In this document: in pieces, positions 8,867 to 19,300 of the stretch
Position numbering within the stretch: the stretch's first letter is position 1
Layout of the letters: the number at the start of each line of letters is the position of its first letter
Source of the DNA: an archaeon
GTDB lineage: Archaea; Micrarchaeota; Micrarchaeia; Norongarragalinales; UBA97
Direction: 5' to 3'
DNA length: 64,000 bases
Assembly (NCBI GenBank): GCA_020057405.1
Contig: JAGVFW010000002.1
Span: 1,621-65,620 of the forward strand
The notes under the pieces: generated by a model
Seen by the model: the letters and a program-made list of their open reading frames with translations, nothing else
Told to the model about the DNA's origin: nothing
Database searches by the model: none
Position numbers and translations under genes: made by a program

Positions 8867-9595
8867 CTACGGTTTCTTTTCAACAAATTTTAGCTGCAGA
8901 AGCCTCTTAAAGAATTTGAGCGCTTCCTTGCCAAGCCGCGTTTTAGTCGCGCCAGACTTGCGCTCGAGGAACTTTACCGGGATTTGCGCCACGCGCGCGC
9001 CCCTGGCCGCAGCCTCGACGACGACTTCAAGCATGAACGCGTTCCCCGTGCTCTTGCACTGCTCCGGGGCCCAGAACTTCTTCTTGAAGAGGCGGAAATT
9101 TAGCGAAAAGTCGTTTACCGGAATGCCGGTTATCGCGCGGGTGAATGCATTGCCCGCCTTGCTTACGGGGATGCGCACGAAGTTGTACCACTCTTCCTTC
9201 GCCTCGTAGTATCCTTCCTTGCAGTGGCGGCAGCCGACGACGAAGTCAAAGCCCTCGGCAATCTTCTCAAGTCCGTTCGTGATGTAGGCCGGCGCGACAG
9301 AGTTATCGGCGTCAGTCGAGACGATTACCTCGCCCCTTGCCGCAGTGTAGCCCAACGACAAGGCGTAGCCGATGCCGTTTCGTTTCAAGTTGTTGATGAG
9401 GTGGACTTCCGGCCACTTTGCGGACAGCTTCCTGACGACATCGCCCGTCTTGTCCGGGGAATTGTCGTCAACGACGATTATCTCAAAGGCCTGCTTTTCC
9501 CGCATCATCTCCTCGCGGATGGCAGTTATGGATGGTTCGATGTTGTCGTGCTCGTTATACGACGGGATGACGATTGAAACGTAGGGTTCTTTCAT
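8867..9595 (-). CDS. GT2 dolichyl-phosphate mannose/hexose synthase-like
   Basis: 'MKEPYVSIVIPSYNEHDNI' and 'IIVVDDNSPDKTGDVV' are DPM1-like. The start is taken at ATG 9595 (ATGA overlap with the upstream membrane-protein stop). The track ORF 9751 start would sit inside the upstream gene. Confidence 0.8.
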   Translation of the reverse strand: MKEPYVSIVIPSYNEHDNIEPSITAIREEMMREKQAFEIIVVDDNSPDKTGDVVRKLSAKWPEVHLINNLKRNGIGYALSLGYTAARGEVIVSTDADNSVAPAYITNGLEKIAEGFDFVVGCRHCKEGYYEAKEEWYNFVRIPVSKAGNAFTRAITGIPVNDFSLNFRLFKKKFWAPEQCKSTGNAFMLEVVVEAAARGARVAQIPVKFLERKSGATKTRLGKEALKFFKRLLQLKFVEKKP

Positions 9596-11391
9596 TTCTT
9601 GAGCACCACTAGCAACGCCAGCAAACCAATTAGCACGGAAAAGCTTATGAGTGCGAAAAACCCGCCCTTTGGCCCAACCGCCGCGTCGGGGACAAGCAGC
9701 CGCACCTTCATCTCGTGCGTTCCAGCTTCGACAAACTCGCAGCCGCGGCACTCAAGCGACGGGTAATAGCCCTCAAATATCGTGGCAATCGTTCCCGCCG
9801 TGCCATGAAGCGCAATTGAATTGCCGCTAACGTCATATGTTGCGCCCTGCACGAACGAGTAATTGCCTGGCTTTTCCCACACCACTGCCTCGTTGGTCAG
9901 CATTGCAGGAGAGGCGCCGTACGCGGCGTAGTTGCCGCCAACGCAGTCGACAATCCACCGCACCTGGTAGCTCGAGTCGGTCAAAAGCGGCTCGTCCTTG
10001 GCGGCAACGCCGCTGCTTTCAAACGCTCGGGCGGCCGGATCGAGGTTGGTGTAGAAGACCACGCCCTCGGCTGCAGGCTTGCCTGCCTGGATTGCCGAAT
10101 AGAAGTAAGGATAGGGGCACTTTGCGAAAAGCACTCGGCCAAAACCACTCTGGCCCGCAAGATATGCCGTCACCGCCTGCTTGGATGCCGCCTCGCCGGC
10201 GTAGTCAGTCGCCATGAGTGAAGCAAACGGCACGCTAATGACAATCAGCGCAATTGCAATCGCGTTATTTTTCGGCTCCCAGTTCCGCGCAAGCCAGCCG
10301 GCCGCGAAAAGCGCTGCGAACAAGACGTAAACAACGGGGTTGAGCGTTTGGAAGAACGGGATGAGGAAAGAGTTTGACAATCCCGCGGCAATGAGGACGC
10401 CGGTTGCAGCGAGTGCAAAGTCAACGCGGGGCTTGGCAGACTGGAAAATGCCTGCAAACTCCGCAACAAGCAAAAACGCCACGAACTCGCCAATCAGCAC
10501 GAACTGCTGGAGGTTCTGCCCCCAGTGCATGAGATAAAAAAGGCCTGCTGCGCCAACCGCGATTGCCAGCACTGCCGCCCGCCTGATGCCGGCGTTTGCG
10601 CGCAAAAAGTGGCGGAGCGCAAGCCACGCGATTGCGGTAGTGAAAAGCGGTCCGAGCCACGACAGGGCGACGACTGGCGTGTGCGGCTCGAACGAGAACG
10701 CGGGGCTGACGTACTTTCTAAATTCCAATAGCGACATTGCGAGGGGCGTGACGATGATTGCAAACACGAGCGCGCCCGCACCCGCGCCAAAGATTTCTGC
10801 CTTGCCCGCCTTTGACTTGCGCAAAAGCAGCCATGCAGCCGCGACGCCGGCAATGAGCGCAGTGTGCAGGCTCGCGAGGGCGGACAAGCCGAGCAGCGCG
10901 CCGGTTGCAACAGTCCCGCGCCAGTCGCCGAGGTTTTTCGCCCGCATTGCAGACTCGATGGCAAGCACTGCAAGCACGCCGCCTACTAGAGTCGGGAACC
11001 TGTCAACGCGAAGCCACGAGTAGAAGAACCCGTACGAGGCGATGAAGAGAAGGAGCATGAGCCCCTTGCGCTCGGCTTTGAGGCCCATCGCGTCAGCGAG
11101 TCGCCAGCAGGCGTAAGCGAGTCCGGCAACTGCGAGTGCGTCAACAAGCGCGTAAGCTGCAACCGGCCCGACGACTTGCCCGATGCCGTGCACTAGCCAA
11201 AAGCCTAGGATGTAGACGACGAGGATTGGCGAGCCGAGGTACCAGAGGCTAGTGTACTGGTCAAAGCCGTTTTGACTAGTAAGCATCACTGTTCCCAAGT
11301 GCGAGACGGTGTCAAGATTGTTTGGGAAGGATGAAAAGTAGATTGCCGCATAGGCCAAAAGCAGGACGGCAGCAGCGTGCAGGTAGCGCAT
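9592..11391 (-). CDS. large polytopic membrane protein with a C-terminal extracytoplasmic domain (about 220 aa) and a terminal TM anchor. Possibly a GT-C-like glycosyltransferase, polymerase or flippase-associated protein.
   Basis: About 13 hydrophobic segments within 450 aa, then a soluble domain and a final helix 'FFALISFSVLIGLLALLVVLKK'. The start is taken at 11391 (MRYLHAAAVLLL), directly after the upstream TAG. The longer track ORF to 11679 would overlap the upstream GT2 by 286 nt. Confidence 0.45.
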   Translation of the reverse strand: MRYLHAAAVLLLAYAAIYFSSFPNNLDTVSHLGTVMLTSQNGFDQYTSLWYLGSPILVVYILGFWLVHGIGQVVGPVAAYALVDALAVAGLAYACWRLADAMGLKAERKGLMLLLFIASYGFFYSWLRVDRFPTLVGGVLAVLAIESAMRAKNLGDWRGTVATGALLGLSALASLHTALIAGVAAAWLLLRKSKAGKAEIFGAGAGALVFAIIVTPLAMSLLEFRKYVSPAFSFEPHTPVVALSWLGPLFTTAIAWLALRHFLRANAGIRRAAVLAIAVGAAGLFYLMHWGQNLQQFVLIGEFVAFLLVAEFAGIFQSAKPRVDFALAATGVLIAAGLSNSFLIPFFQTLNPVVYVLFAALFAAGWLARNWEPKNNAIAIALIVISVPFASLMATDYAGEAASKQAVTAYLAGQSGFGRVLFAKCPYPYFYSAIQAGKPAAEGVVFYTNLDPAARAFESSGVAAKDEPLLTDSSYQVRWIVDCVGGNYAAYGASPAMLTNEAVVWEKPGNYSFVQGATYDVSGNSIALHGTAGTIATIFEGYYPSLECRGCEFVEAGTHEMKVRLLVPDAAVGPKGGFFALISFSVLIGLLALLVVLKK

Positions 11392-11393
11392 TG

Positions 11394-12392
11394 CTAAGCC
11401 CCTCCAGCTGCCTTCAGGGCCGACACTAGCTTGACTACATTCCTGACTACAAACAATTCCATGAACCCGAAAGAGTGCACGGGGTCGCCGGACTTTAGCG
11501 CGAGCCTGACTCCGTAGCCAAGCCACGGAATGAGGAGGAGCCCGAACGAAATCCCGATGACGGCGCCAAGGGTAACGCCAGTATATGCGCCCGTGAACTT
11601 GAGTGCCGACAGCCCGAGTGCGGCAAGCCCCGCCAGCAAAAGGACAAGGCAATATGTCGGTACAAGAAGCGGCCGCCATTCGCCGTAGCGCTTGAGCCTA
11701 AGGCCGATGCCCTTGCCGAACCACCGCGACTGGCGCATTGTCTCGCCAAAAGTTTCGGGGTCCTTGTGGTACTCGATTGCGGCGGGCTCGTAAACGGCTT
11801 TGAAGCCGGCAGCGTGGAAGCGCTGCGCCAGGTCGGTGTCCTCGAAGTAGAAAATCTTCTCGTTGAAGCCCTTTAGCTTGTCAATCGCTTTTCGCGAGTA
11901 AGTTCCAAGGCCAATCGGGCTTTGCGGGCCAATTGGCACCACTTGCGCCTGATTGGTGTCCCAAGTTACGCTTCGTTGTGCGGCAATGCAGCGCGCGATG
12001 AACGTGCGCGGCGGGTAGGCGAACACTTTATTGGCAATGCCGTCAAGTTCCGGGTTGGCAGCAAAGCGCTTTACCAGCGCCTCAAGGTATTTGCTGTCCG
12101 CAACCTGGTCGGCGTCGTGAAGCGTGATGAAATCGCCCTTGCTTCTCTCGATGCCGCGGTTTCTGGCAAAGGCTGCGCTGTGGCCGTTGGCGTAGCTCTT
12201 GAGCTTGATTCGCTTGTCTTTTTTCGCGTATTTTGCAACCAGTTCGGCAGTCCTGTCCGTGCTGCCATCGTCTGAGACGATTATTTCGAAGTTTTGGTAA
12301 GTCTGGCCCTGGATTGACTCAATGGCCTCGCCAACGTCCTTCTCCTCATTGTGGGCGGGGATAATGACGCTTGCGAGCGGATTTTTCTTCAT
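11394..12392 (-). CDS. GT2 glycosyltransferase with C-terminal TM helices (AglD/DPM-synthase-like architecture)
   Basis: 'ASVIIPAHNEEKDVGEAIESIQGQTYQNFEIIVSDDGSTDRT' GT2 domain, followed by 3-4 C-terminal TM segments. ATGA overlap with the upstream GT4. Confidence 0.8.
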   Translation of the reverse strand: MKKNPLASVIIPAHNEEKDVGEAIESIQGQTYQNFEIIVSDDGSTDRTAELVAKYAKKDKRIKLKSYANGHSAAFARNRGIERSKGDFITLHDADQVADSKYLEALVKRFAANPELDGIANKVFAYPPRTFIARCIAAQRSVTWDTNQAQVVPIGPQSPIGLGTYSRKAIDKLKGFNEKIFYFEDTDLAQRFHAAGFKAVYEPAAIEYHKDPETFGETMRQSRWFGKGIGLRLKRYGEWRPLLVPTYCLVLLLAGLAALGLSALKFTGAYTGVTLGAVIGISFGLLLIPWLGYGVRLALKSGDPVHSFGFMELFVVRNVVKLVSALKAAGGA

Positions 12393-13489
12393 TTCGGAGC
12401 CACCTCGCGATAGTGTGCAAGCGTGCGCTTCACCATGTGCTCTTTGGTGAAGCCCGAGAGGATGAGCTTTCGCGCGCTTCTGCCCATTGCCGAGCGCGCC
12501 CGCCTGTCGTTTGCCAGCTCAAGTACCGCCAACGCCATTGCCTTTGCGTCCCGCAGGGGCGTGATGCGGCCTTCGCGCTTGGAAATGATTTCCGCGTGCC
12601 CGCCACTGTCTGAGGCGATGACTGGCTTCTCGCACGACATTGCCTCAAGTAACGTCAGGCAGAATGGTTCGTAGACGCTTGAAAGCAAGTGAATGTCGCT
12701 GGCGTTGTAAAAACCGGCCAGGCTCTTTTCGATAGGCACTGGAAACACCCGCTCCACCGCTTCGGCAGTCATGCCGCGCTTCATTAGTCCGTGTTTGTCG
12801 AGAGGCGAGCGCAGTGCCAGTGCAATGCCCTTTCCGTGTTTGTCAGCAACAACTTGATTGAACGCAGAAATGAGGTAGTCGATTCCCTTGTTGAACTCCG
12901 CGTGGCCCACCCAAGTCAAAAGCATGGCGTTGGACGGGATTTTATGCCGCGCGCGAAACTCTTGCCCCGCCTTCGCGTCTGGCGAGAAGCGCTTTGAGTC
13001 AATGCCGTTGTAGACGGTCGTGACGTTGTCTTCCCGCGCGCCGTAGTACTTGACTAGCGCGTCCTTGACGTAATCGCTAACCGCCACGCACTTGTTTGCC
13101 CGCGCGCTTGCGCGCTCAAGCGACTTGTGTATGACGAAGTAGGGTTCCTGCTTGTGCCACGGCATTAGGCCTTCGGCGGGCTTTTGGCGATAGTAGTGCT
13201 CGCCGAGTGCCGCAACGCCGTGAAAAGTGCGGATGGCGCCAGCAGTGTTCCAGCTGATGTCGGTGTGAGCGTGGACAATGTCGTAAGCCTTGGCCTTCTT
13301 AGGCAGCTTTAGGCCATAAGTGAAGTCGGCCATTGCCATCGAGCGGCCGCTTGGGAAAAAGCCGTCGACTTGCAGTCCCGCGGCGCGCAGGCCAGTCATT
13401 AGGTTTAGCTCGACGTTGCCAACGCCGTTTGACTCTGCCGGCGGAACGGTGGATGCGAAGAGGACGCTAAGTGGCTGGTTAGTGGACAT
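12389..13489 (-). CDS. GT4 (group 1) glycosyltransferase
   Basis: 'EPFCLTLLEAMSCEKPVIASDSGGHAEII' is the GT-B E-x7-E motif region. First gene of a four-gene translationally coupled operon running 13489 to 8867. Confidence 0.85.
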   Translation of the reverse strand: MSTNQPLSVLFASTVPPAESNGVGNVELNLMTGLRAAGLQVDGFFPSGRSMAMADFTYGLKLPKKAKAYDIVHAHTDISWNTAGAIRTFHGVAALGEHYYRQKPAEGLMPWHKQEPYFVIHKSLERASARANKCVAVSDYVKDALVKYYGAREDNVTTVYNGIDSKRFSPDAKAGQEFRARHKIPSNAMLLTWVGHAEFNKGIDYLISAFNQVVADKHGKGIALALRSPLDKHGLMKRGMTAEAVERVFPVPIEKSLAGFYNASDIHLLSSVYEPFCLTLLEAMSCEKPVIASDSGGHAEIISKREGRITPLRDAKAMALAVLELANDRRARSAMGRSARKLILSGFTKEHMVKRTLAHYREVAPK

Positions 13490-13559
13490 TTTTTTCCCTT
13501 CTTTAAATAGACTTTTACTAGTAAATTACCCCTTCAAGGTTTTTATTTGCCTCGCTAGC

Positions 13560-16307
13560 CTAGGTGATGATGTCCTTTCGGGTGGTGTTGCCTGGTGAGT
13601 AGCCTATGGTTGTGGCCCATGAGGCGCTGTTGTTTGCGCGTAGTTCTAGCGTCTTGCTGTAGTCGGTGAAGTTTCCTTGTACGTCGAAGAGGCCGTATTG
13701 GCCTGTTGTGGTGACGTTGAACGTGCCTTTCATAACGCCTCCGATGTAGGCGGTTACGCTTGTGATTAAGTTCGCGTTGGCGCCAGTGAAGTAACCATAG
13801 ACCGTCATCGGTTGTGTGATTGTACCTGATTCCACGGAGTACCCTGGGCTGAAACTTACGGTGACGTTTTGCAGGAACGCCGTGTAGTTTTCGTTTACTG
13901 TACTGAATTTGGCTCGGTATTGGAGAAGTTTTCCGCTTACTACGGGTATGCTTAGGTTGCCTCCGTAGTATTCTTGGGAGAAGGTACTCCAGTTGCTTTC
14001 TAGTCCGCCGTTTCCAGCGGGGTTGCCAGAATTGTAGAGGGAGATTATTTCGGCTTCCGTGAGGGTTCGGTTCCATGCTTTAATGTCGTCAAGCGAGCCT
14101 TGGTAGTAGGATGAGGTTGTCCTGGCTTTTCCGAATGTTAGGGTGGTCGTGCCTTGCATTAGCCGGTACTGGTTGGTGCCGGAATTGAACGTCAGGCGAG
14201 TGCCGTTAATGTAGATTGCCCAGCCGCTTTGGTTTAGGAGTATTGTTACCATGCGCCACTTTCCGTCGTTGGGTAGGGCGCCTTCGTTAGTTACGGGGGT
14301 TACTCCCGTTGAGTTGACCAGGTAGTAGGTTAGCTGCAGGTGGCCTGTTCCGTTGACTGAGGCGGAGAATGCTTTGTTGCTGCTGTCGACATCTTGTCCT
14401 ACGAACATTGTTCTTGTGGTGTCTGAGCTTGATTGGCTTGGTTTCATCCACATGTTGATGGTGAGGTTGTCTGTGCTGACGTTGAAGAGTTGCTTTTCTG
14501 TGTCGATGAACGTTTGGCCGGCGGGGTAGAACGTGAGGCATTGTCCGATTACGCAGGTGCTAGTATTTAGGGTAAGGTTGCCGTAGAGTTTGCCGTTGGT
14601 CGTGTTTCCGGACAAATCGAGGGTCTTGTTGGTTACTGCTTCGTTGTCGCTTGAGTCGCCTAGGTCCCACCAGCCGGCTAGGGCGGTGTCGTTGAATAGG
14701 TAGGTCTTGGTTCTGAGTGCCAGGCTTACGTTGGTGAAGTTGTGGATGTATCCGCGGTTTCCTCGTCCGGTTGAGTCTTTTTCCCATTTGTAGACTTGGT
14801 TGACTTCGGAGTCAGTGAGGCTTCGGTTCCAAATGTGGAGTTCGTCTATGCTGCCGTTGAACGCGCGTGTGCAGGGAACGGCGTTTGAGTCGCAGCCGAC
14901 GTAGAGGTTGTTTACTGGTTTGCCGATTGTGATTGCCGCGACTGCGTTTACGGTTGAGTCGAGAGTTCCGTTGATGTAGTACCTGACTTTTCCGTCGGTT
15001 TTGCCGTAGGTCATTACGACGTGGACCCAGTTGCCGGTGTCGACGTTGGCGCTGGATGGTGGACAGGTTCCGCCGCTTACTCCGTCGTTTAGGTAGCAGG
15101 CTAGTTTGCCTGCTCCGTTGAAGCCCACGCCGAATAGCCATCCTGCGTAAGTTCCGTAGTCGTTGAATCGGCCTATTACTTCTGCTGGCGTTGAGACTGT
15201 TTTTATCCAAGCCATTACCGTGAAGTTGTTGAATCCTTCTGTGCTGTCTTTGTCGGTTACGTTTATGAAGTCTTTTTCTGAGCTGTTGTAGTTGTAGCAT
15301 CCGCCGATTATGCAGTCGTTGTTGTATGTGGGTTTGCCTGTGACGACTGATGAGAGGAAGCCGCTGTTGTTGAAGCGCGTTGAGTCGTGCGAGTCGTTCT
15401 CAAAGTGCATGCTCATGACGGCGTTGTCTATGGTGCTTAGTCCCATTGGCTCGTACCAGGCCCAGCTGACGGCGTCGATGTTGTCTGGCGTGTCGCGGTT
15501 TAGGACGAGTATTCTGCTGTAGTATGTTCCGTTGCCTGTAAAGGTTTGTTGGGTTGGGTAGTATGTGCCGTAGACGCTTTGGCTTTGAGCAGTTTGAGTA
15601 TTGTTGAACGCTCCGCTGGTGAATGTGTTGGCGCCAAAGTGGTCGACTGTGGGGTCTAGGAATAGCTGGTATCCCGGCTCTAGATGCGTGCCAGCATTAA
15701 AGTTAGTTAAGACGATACGGTAGGTGTTTCCTTCTTGTTCTTCTCTTGCCGTAAGTTGGTATCTGTTGGCCGCGTTTAGTATGTCGGAGAAGCTCCAGAC
15801 GTCGTAGTCGGAGTAGGTGCTAGTGTGTCCTGCTTCGTTTATTCCTTTGTAGTCTATTGGGAAGGTTACTGAGCCTGTGCCTGTTCGCATGAGTGGTTGT
15901 GTTGAGGTAATCTCGATTGTCAGGTTTGAGATGGACGTGAGGGTGTACGTTCCGGGGTTGAGTGTGGCTGTGAAGTTGAATTTGTAGGCTTGGGTGTCGG
16001 GCGAGTCGCCGCTTATTGAGCGGGTTTGGCCGTTTTCGGCTAGGATGTCGCGGGTGATTTGGCTTTTTGGTTTGTAGTAAGCGTCGCCTTGGAGGTATTG
16101 GGGTGGGATTGGTTGGCCGTTTATCTTTATGGCGACGGTTGCAGTGTACTCTGGTGAGGTGAATTGCACGCCTATTGGGGTTGTTTGGATTGTTGAGCCG
16201 CGGAAGCCGCGGGCTATGGCGTCGGCGTGTGCTATGGGGGTTATGAGGAAAAGTCCTACTAGGGCGACGGCCAGTAGGCGTAGCCATCTGGCGTGGTTTT
16301 CGTTCAT
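13560..16307 (-). CDS. secreted surface protein with two LamG/concanavalin-A-like lectin domains, extremely rich in N-X-S/T sequons (predicted N-glycoprotein)
   Basis: Signal peptide 'WLRLLAVALVGLFLITPIAHADA'. 'IDELHIWNRSLTDSEVNQVY' and 'LDDIKAWNRTLTEAEIISLY' are LamG_3-type signatures. About 35 sequons in roughly 915 aa. The start is taken at ATG 16307, preceded by a GGGAGAG Shine-Dalgarno-like element. The track ORF reaches 16442. Confidence 0.75.
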   Translation of the reverse strand: MNENHARWLRLLAVALVGLFLITPIAHADAIARGFRGSTIQTTPIGVQFTSPEYTATVAIKINGQPIPPQYLQGDAYYKPKSQITRDILAENGQTRSISGDSPDTQAYKFNFTATLNPGTYTLTSISNLTIEITSTQPLMRTGTGSVTFPIDYKGINEAGHTSTYSDYDVWSFSDILNAANRYQLTAREEQEGNTYRIVLTNFNAGTHLEPGYQLFLDPTVDHFGANTFTSGAFNNTQTAQSQSVYGTYYPTQQTFTGNGTYYSRILVLNRDTPDNIDAVSWAWYEPMGLSTIDNAVMSMHFENDSHDSTRFNNSGFLSSVVTGKPTYNNDCIIGGCYNYNSSEKDFINVTDKDSTEGFNNFTVMAWIKTVSTPAEVIGRFNDYGTYAGWLFGVGFNGAGKLACYLNDGVSGGTCPPSSANVDTGNWVHVVMTYGKTDGKVRYYINGTLDSTVNAVAAITIGKPVNNLYVGCDSNAVPCTRAFNGSIDELHIWNRSLTDSEVNQVYKWEKDSTGRGNRGYIHNFTNVSLALRTKTYLFNDTALAGWWDLGDSSDNEAVTNKTLDLSGNTTNGKLYGNLTLNTSTCVIGQCLTFYPAGQTFIDTEKQLFNVSTDNLTINMWMKPSQSSSDTTRTMFVGQDVDSSNKAFSASVNGTGHLQLTYYLVNSTGVTPVTNEGALPNDGKWRMVTILLNQSGWAIYINGTRLTFNSGTNQYRLMQGTTTLTFGKARTTSSYYQGSLDDIKAWNRTLTEAEIISLYNSGNPAGNGGLESNWSTFSQEYYGGNLSIPVVSGKLLQYRAKFSTVNENYTAFLQNVTVSFSPGYSVESGTITQPMTVYGYFTGANANLITSVTAYIGGVMKGTFNVTTTGQYGLFDVQGNFTDYSKTLELRANNSASWATTIGYSPGNTTRKDIIT

Positions 16308-16318
16308 TTTTCTCTCCC

Positions 16319-19300
16319 TCATTCGCTTAATCTCAACTCGCTTGTGACCGTGCTGTTTACGTAAATCCAGTAGCCGATTCCGGCTTCCATTCTCTTTAGG
16401 GTATTGAATGTCGAGTCCAAAGTCGGGTCGTAGGTTAGCCACTTTCCTGACGATTGGTTGTAGGCTTGTACTTTGGTGAAGTTGCTGGAGAGGTTTGCTA
16501 GCGCGTCGCTTGTGGCTCTGCCTTCGTATGGGTAGGCGAACATGTTCCAGCCGTGCGGGAATTGTAGTGTGGTGCTTGTTGGTCTAAAGCCGTTGTCTGT
16601 CATGAATGTGGCGTTTACGTTCATGAGTATCCAGTACCCTTCGCCGATGGAGAATTTGGATAAGGTTTGGAAGGATGAGCTGACGCTCGTGTCGTAGGTG
16701 AGCCATTTTCCTTGGGTTGCGTTGTAGGTTTGTATTTTAGTGTAATTTTCGTTTATTGGTGAGAGTACGCCTGTGATGTTTGCGTTTGTTGGCAGTACCA
16801 TGAATGAGGCGAGGTTCCAGCCTTTGGTGAGGTTGAGTCTCCAGACGTAGAGGTAGCCGGTCGAGTAGTTTTTGCTCGTGAGGTATGAGTTGTTGGCGCT
16901 GCACCAGATGTAGTACTTGCCTACTGGCCAGCTTCTGATGTCGCAGTTTCCTGCTCCGTCGTTTGGCGTGTCGCTAAAACAGGTTTGATTCTTGTTGAAG
17001 CTAGAGTTAGTAGAGTCGCCATAGCAACTGATGCTCAGCGTTAAGTTAGTTGGATCAGAGGCGCCATAGTAGATGTCAGTTGGCGCTCCCGTCACATAGG
17101 GCACTGAAGGTTCACTCAGCGTAATCGTAGGTGCACCGTACTGGTCGCTGAGGTTGATGCTCGTAGCCGTTAATCTGCCGTTGCTGGGATTGATGTAGGT
17201 CGTATATGTTTTCGTGCCGTTTGTTGTAGCGTTAAGTATCCACGTAGCTGACCTTATGTTAAAACCACCTCCGTACTTTATGTCGCCAAGATTGATGCTT
17301 GTGTTTCCAGGCCCGTAAGTTACGGTAACAGCGTCTTGCCGCGTAACTCGCATTCCTAAAACGCTCACTCCAGCTGGAGGGACGAAATCCATGAAAACGC
17401 TTGACGACATGTACTGCTGGGTGTTTGCAGAGGTTGTTATTTCAAATGGCTTTCCTACGGTTATAACCGAAACATTAGCCGTTGAGTGGAGAACAACTTC
17501 CGGTCTCAATTCGCCTCGGATAATCATATAGCCAATAACGAGGTTTCCCATAGTATCTGGAGTAGTACTAAAAGTGCAGGCCTTCAACTCTGTTGTGCCA
17601 CTAGGCGGGTTATCAATCGCCACGTACTGCTTATTATCAAAAGACTGAACTGAATCGTTCGTACCGGTTTGGCATAATCCCCCTGTCGCTCCAGGATCAA
17701 CGTATAGGCCAATATCGTTCCATACTGCCTTTGAATTCCCTACGTCGGCTGCTTTTTCACTCCAGGCTAGTACTACAACTAAGCGTTTGACGCCGCTAGG
17801 GAGGGTTAGGTTATACCTGAAAGCGCCACTGCCTCCGGAGACATTGCCAAAAAGAAGACCAGATTGCCATCCTGTCGGATCATTCGCTTGAAAGTGTGCA
17901 AGAACCGAGTCGACCTTCCCTGCACCAAAGGTGTTCATGAAATCCCGTCCAACGGTTTGGCTTAGATCGATCTTAGTTGAATTTAGGGGTATGGCACTCA
18001 TCATCAACAAAGCTTTAACCGCGGAAGCGTTGCCTTTCAACCAAGGATAATGATCCATCAAAGTCGCCACGACGCCGGCCACTGCGGGTGCAGCAAAACT
18101 AGTTCCCGAATCGGTTGTATAGCCCCCTGTCGTTGAATTTGCGGCAGTAATCAAGTAGCCGGGTGCGCTTATGTCTGGTTTAGTGCGATTATCTGGTGTA
18201 AATCCTCGGCTTGATTCATTATCGATGGTATCCCCCGAATTATTTCCGTTATCAAGAATGCTTCCGACAGTTATGGCGTTTTTAGCGCAGTTAGGTGCAT
18301 AGTTAATCGTTTGGAACGCAGGCCCATTATTAGCTGCTGAAATTACGTAAGTTTGGTTCTGAAAATAAGTTGCGTTATCTAAAGCCCTACTTACTGGATC
18401 CGTGCCGCAAACACCGCTAAGTAACCCGGCGGTATCGCTTATCGATACTAGGGTCGGATAAGGTGTGGTGTTTGAAATCCAACCTATATAGTAGGCTAAG
18501 CTGTGGTTGTCAGATTGATAAAGTGCGAAGGTAAGGTTACTAATTCCTGGCGCTATTCCTAAGTATTTTTGATTGCTAAGATTTCCTCTGCCAAGGAGGA
18601 TGCTTGCGACAAATGTCCCGTGGCTCTGATTTGATTGCACATAAGCCGCAGAGGCACATACTCCATTTGGACAAAGTGAGTTAGTATAGTTAGGTAAGTC
18701 TGGAAACGTGTTGTTATAGTCTAGATCTATTATGCCAACTGAAACGTTCCTTCCGTCATAGCGGAGGGGATTACCATCGAGATTAATGTTTCCTCTAAAA
18801 TAATCAGCACTAACTGCAGAGCTAGCCAGATTCATCGTTGGTTGACCGTGTTCTAAATCGAGTTCGACGTATACTACTTCGTTTCTATTGGCCATATTAC
18901 TTATTGATGCGAGTGGAATTTCGGCATGGTAGGCACTAATTATTGGAAGGTACGTTAGGGAATTGACTTCGATGGATTTTAGGTAGTTTTCTAAGTCTGA
19001 TTCAGCACCCCTGAATGGAGTAATGTATACTTTGACTTTCTCCGAAAGATCTGCTTTTGTTTTAATCATCTCGTAAAGTCCCGGAGTCATTTTTTGATTT
19101 TGTCGATTAACTCCGACCCACCTTACGAACGGAAGAGTTTGTAATCTGCTTAGGTCACTTAGTGGAATTTTTGCAAGTATCGAGTGATATGTGTGGTAGC
19201 CAAGAAAGACGGTGCCTTCTTGTTCGATAATTTTAAGCTTTTCTTTATCGATGCTATCGTTCACCATAATGAAGCCATAGAAATAGGGTTTTCCCGTTAC

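Noticed and set aside
9596-11679. Long N-terminal extensions in the track ORFs (8867-9751, 9592-11679, 3403-4827, 51389-52570, 52440-53288, 58148-59722)
   Set aside because: The extended portions overlap upstream genes or divergent promoters and lack signal or TM logic. Internal ATGs placed at ATGA/TAG-ATG junctions or 25-30 nt from TATA boxes give canonical family N-termini.
13555-16287. Several 75-173-aa - strand ORFs (e.g. 14812-15300, 15820-16287) rich in Arg/His/Gln/Pro inside the 960-aa LamG protein gene
   Set aside because: These are alternative frames of the same strand within a long, well-supported CDS. Their extreme basic low-complexity composition is a frame artefact.
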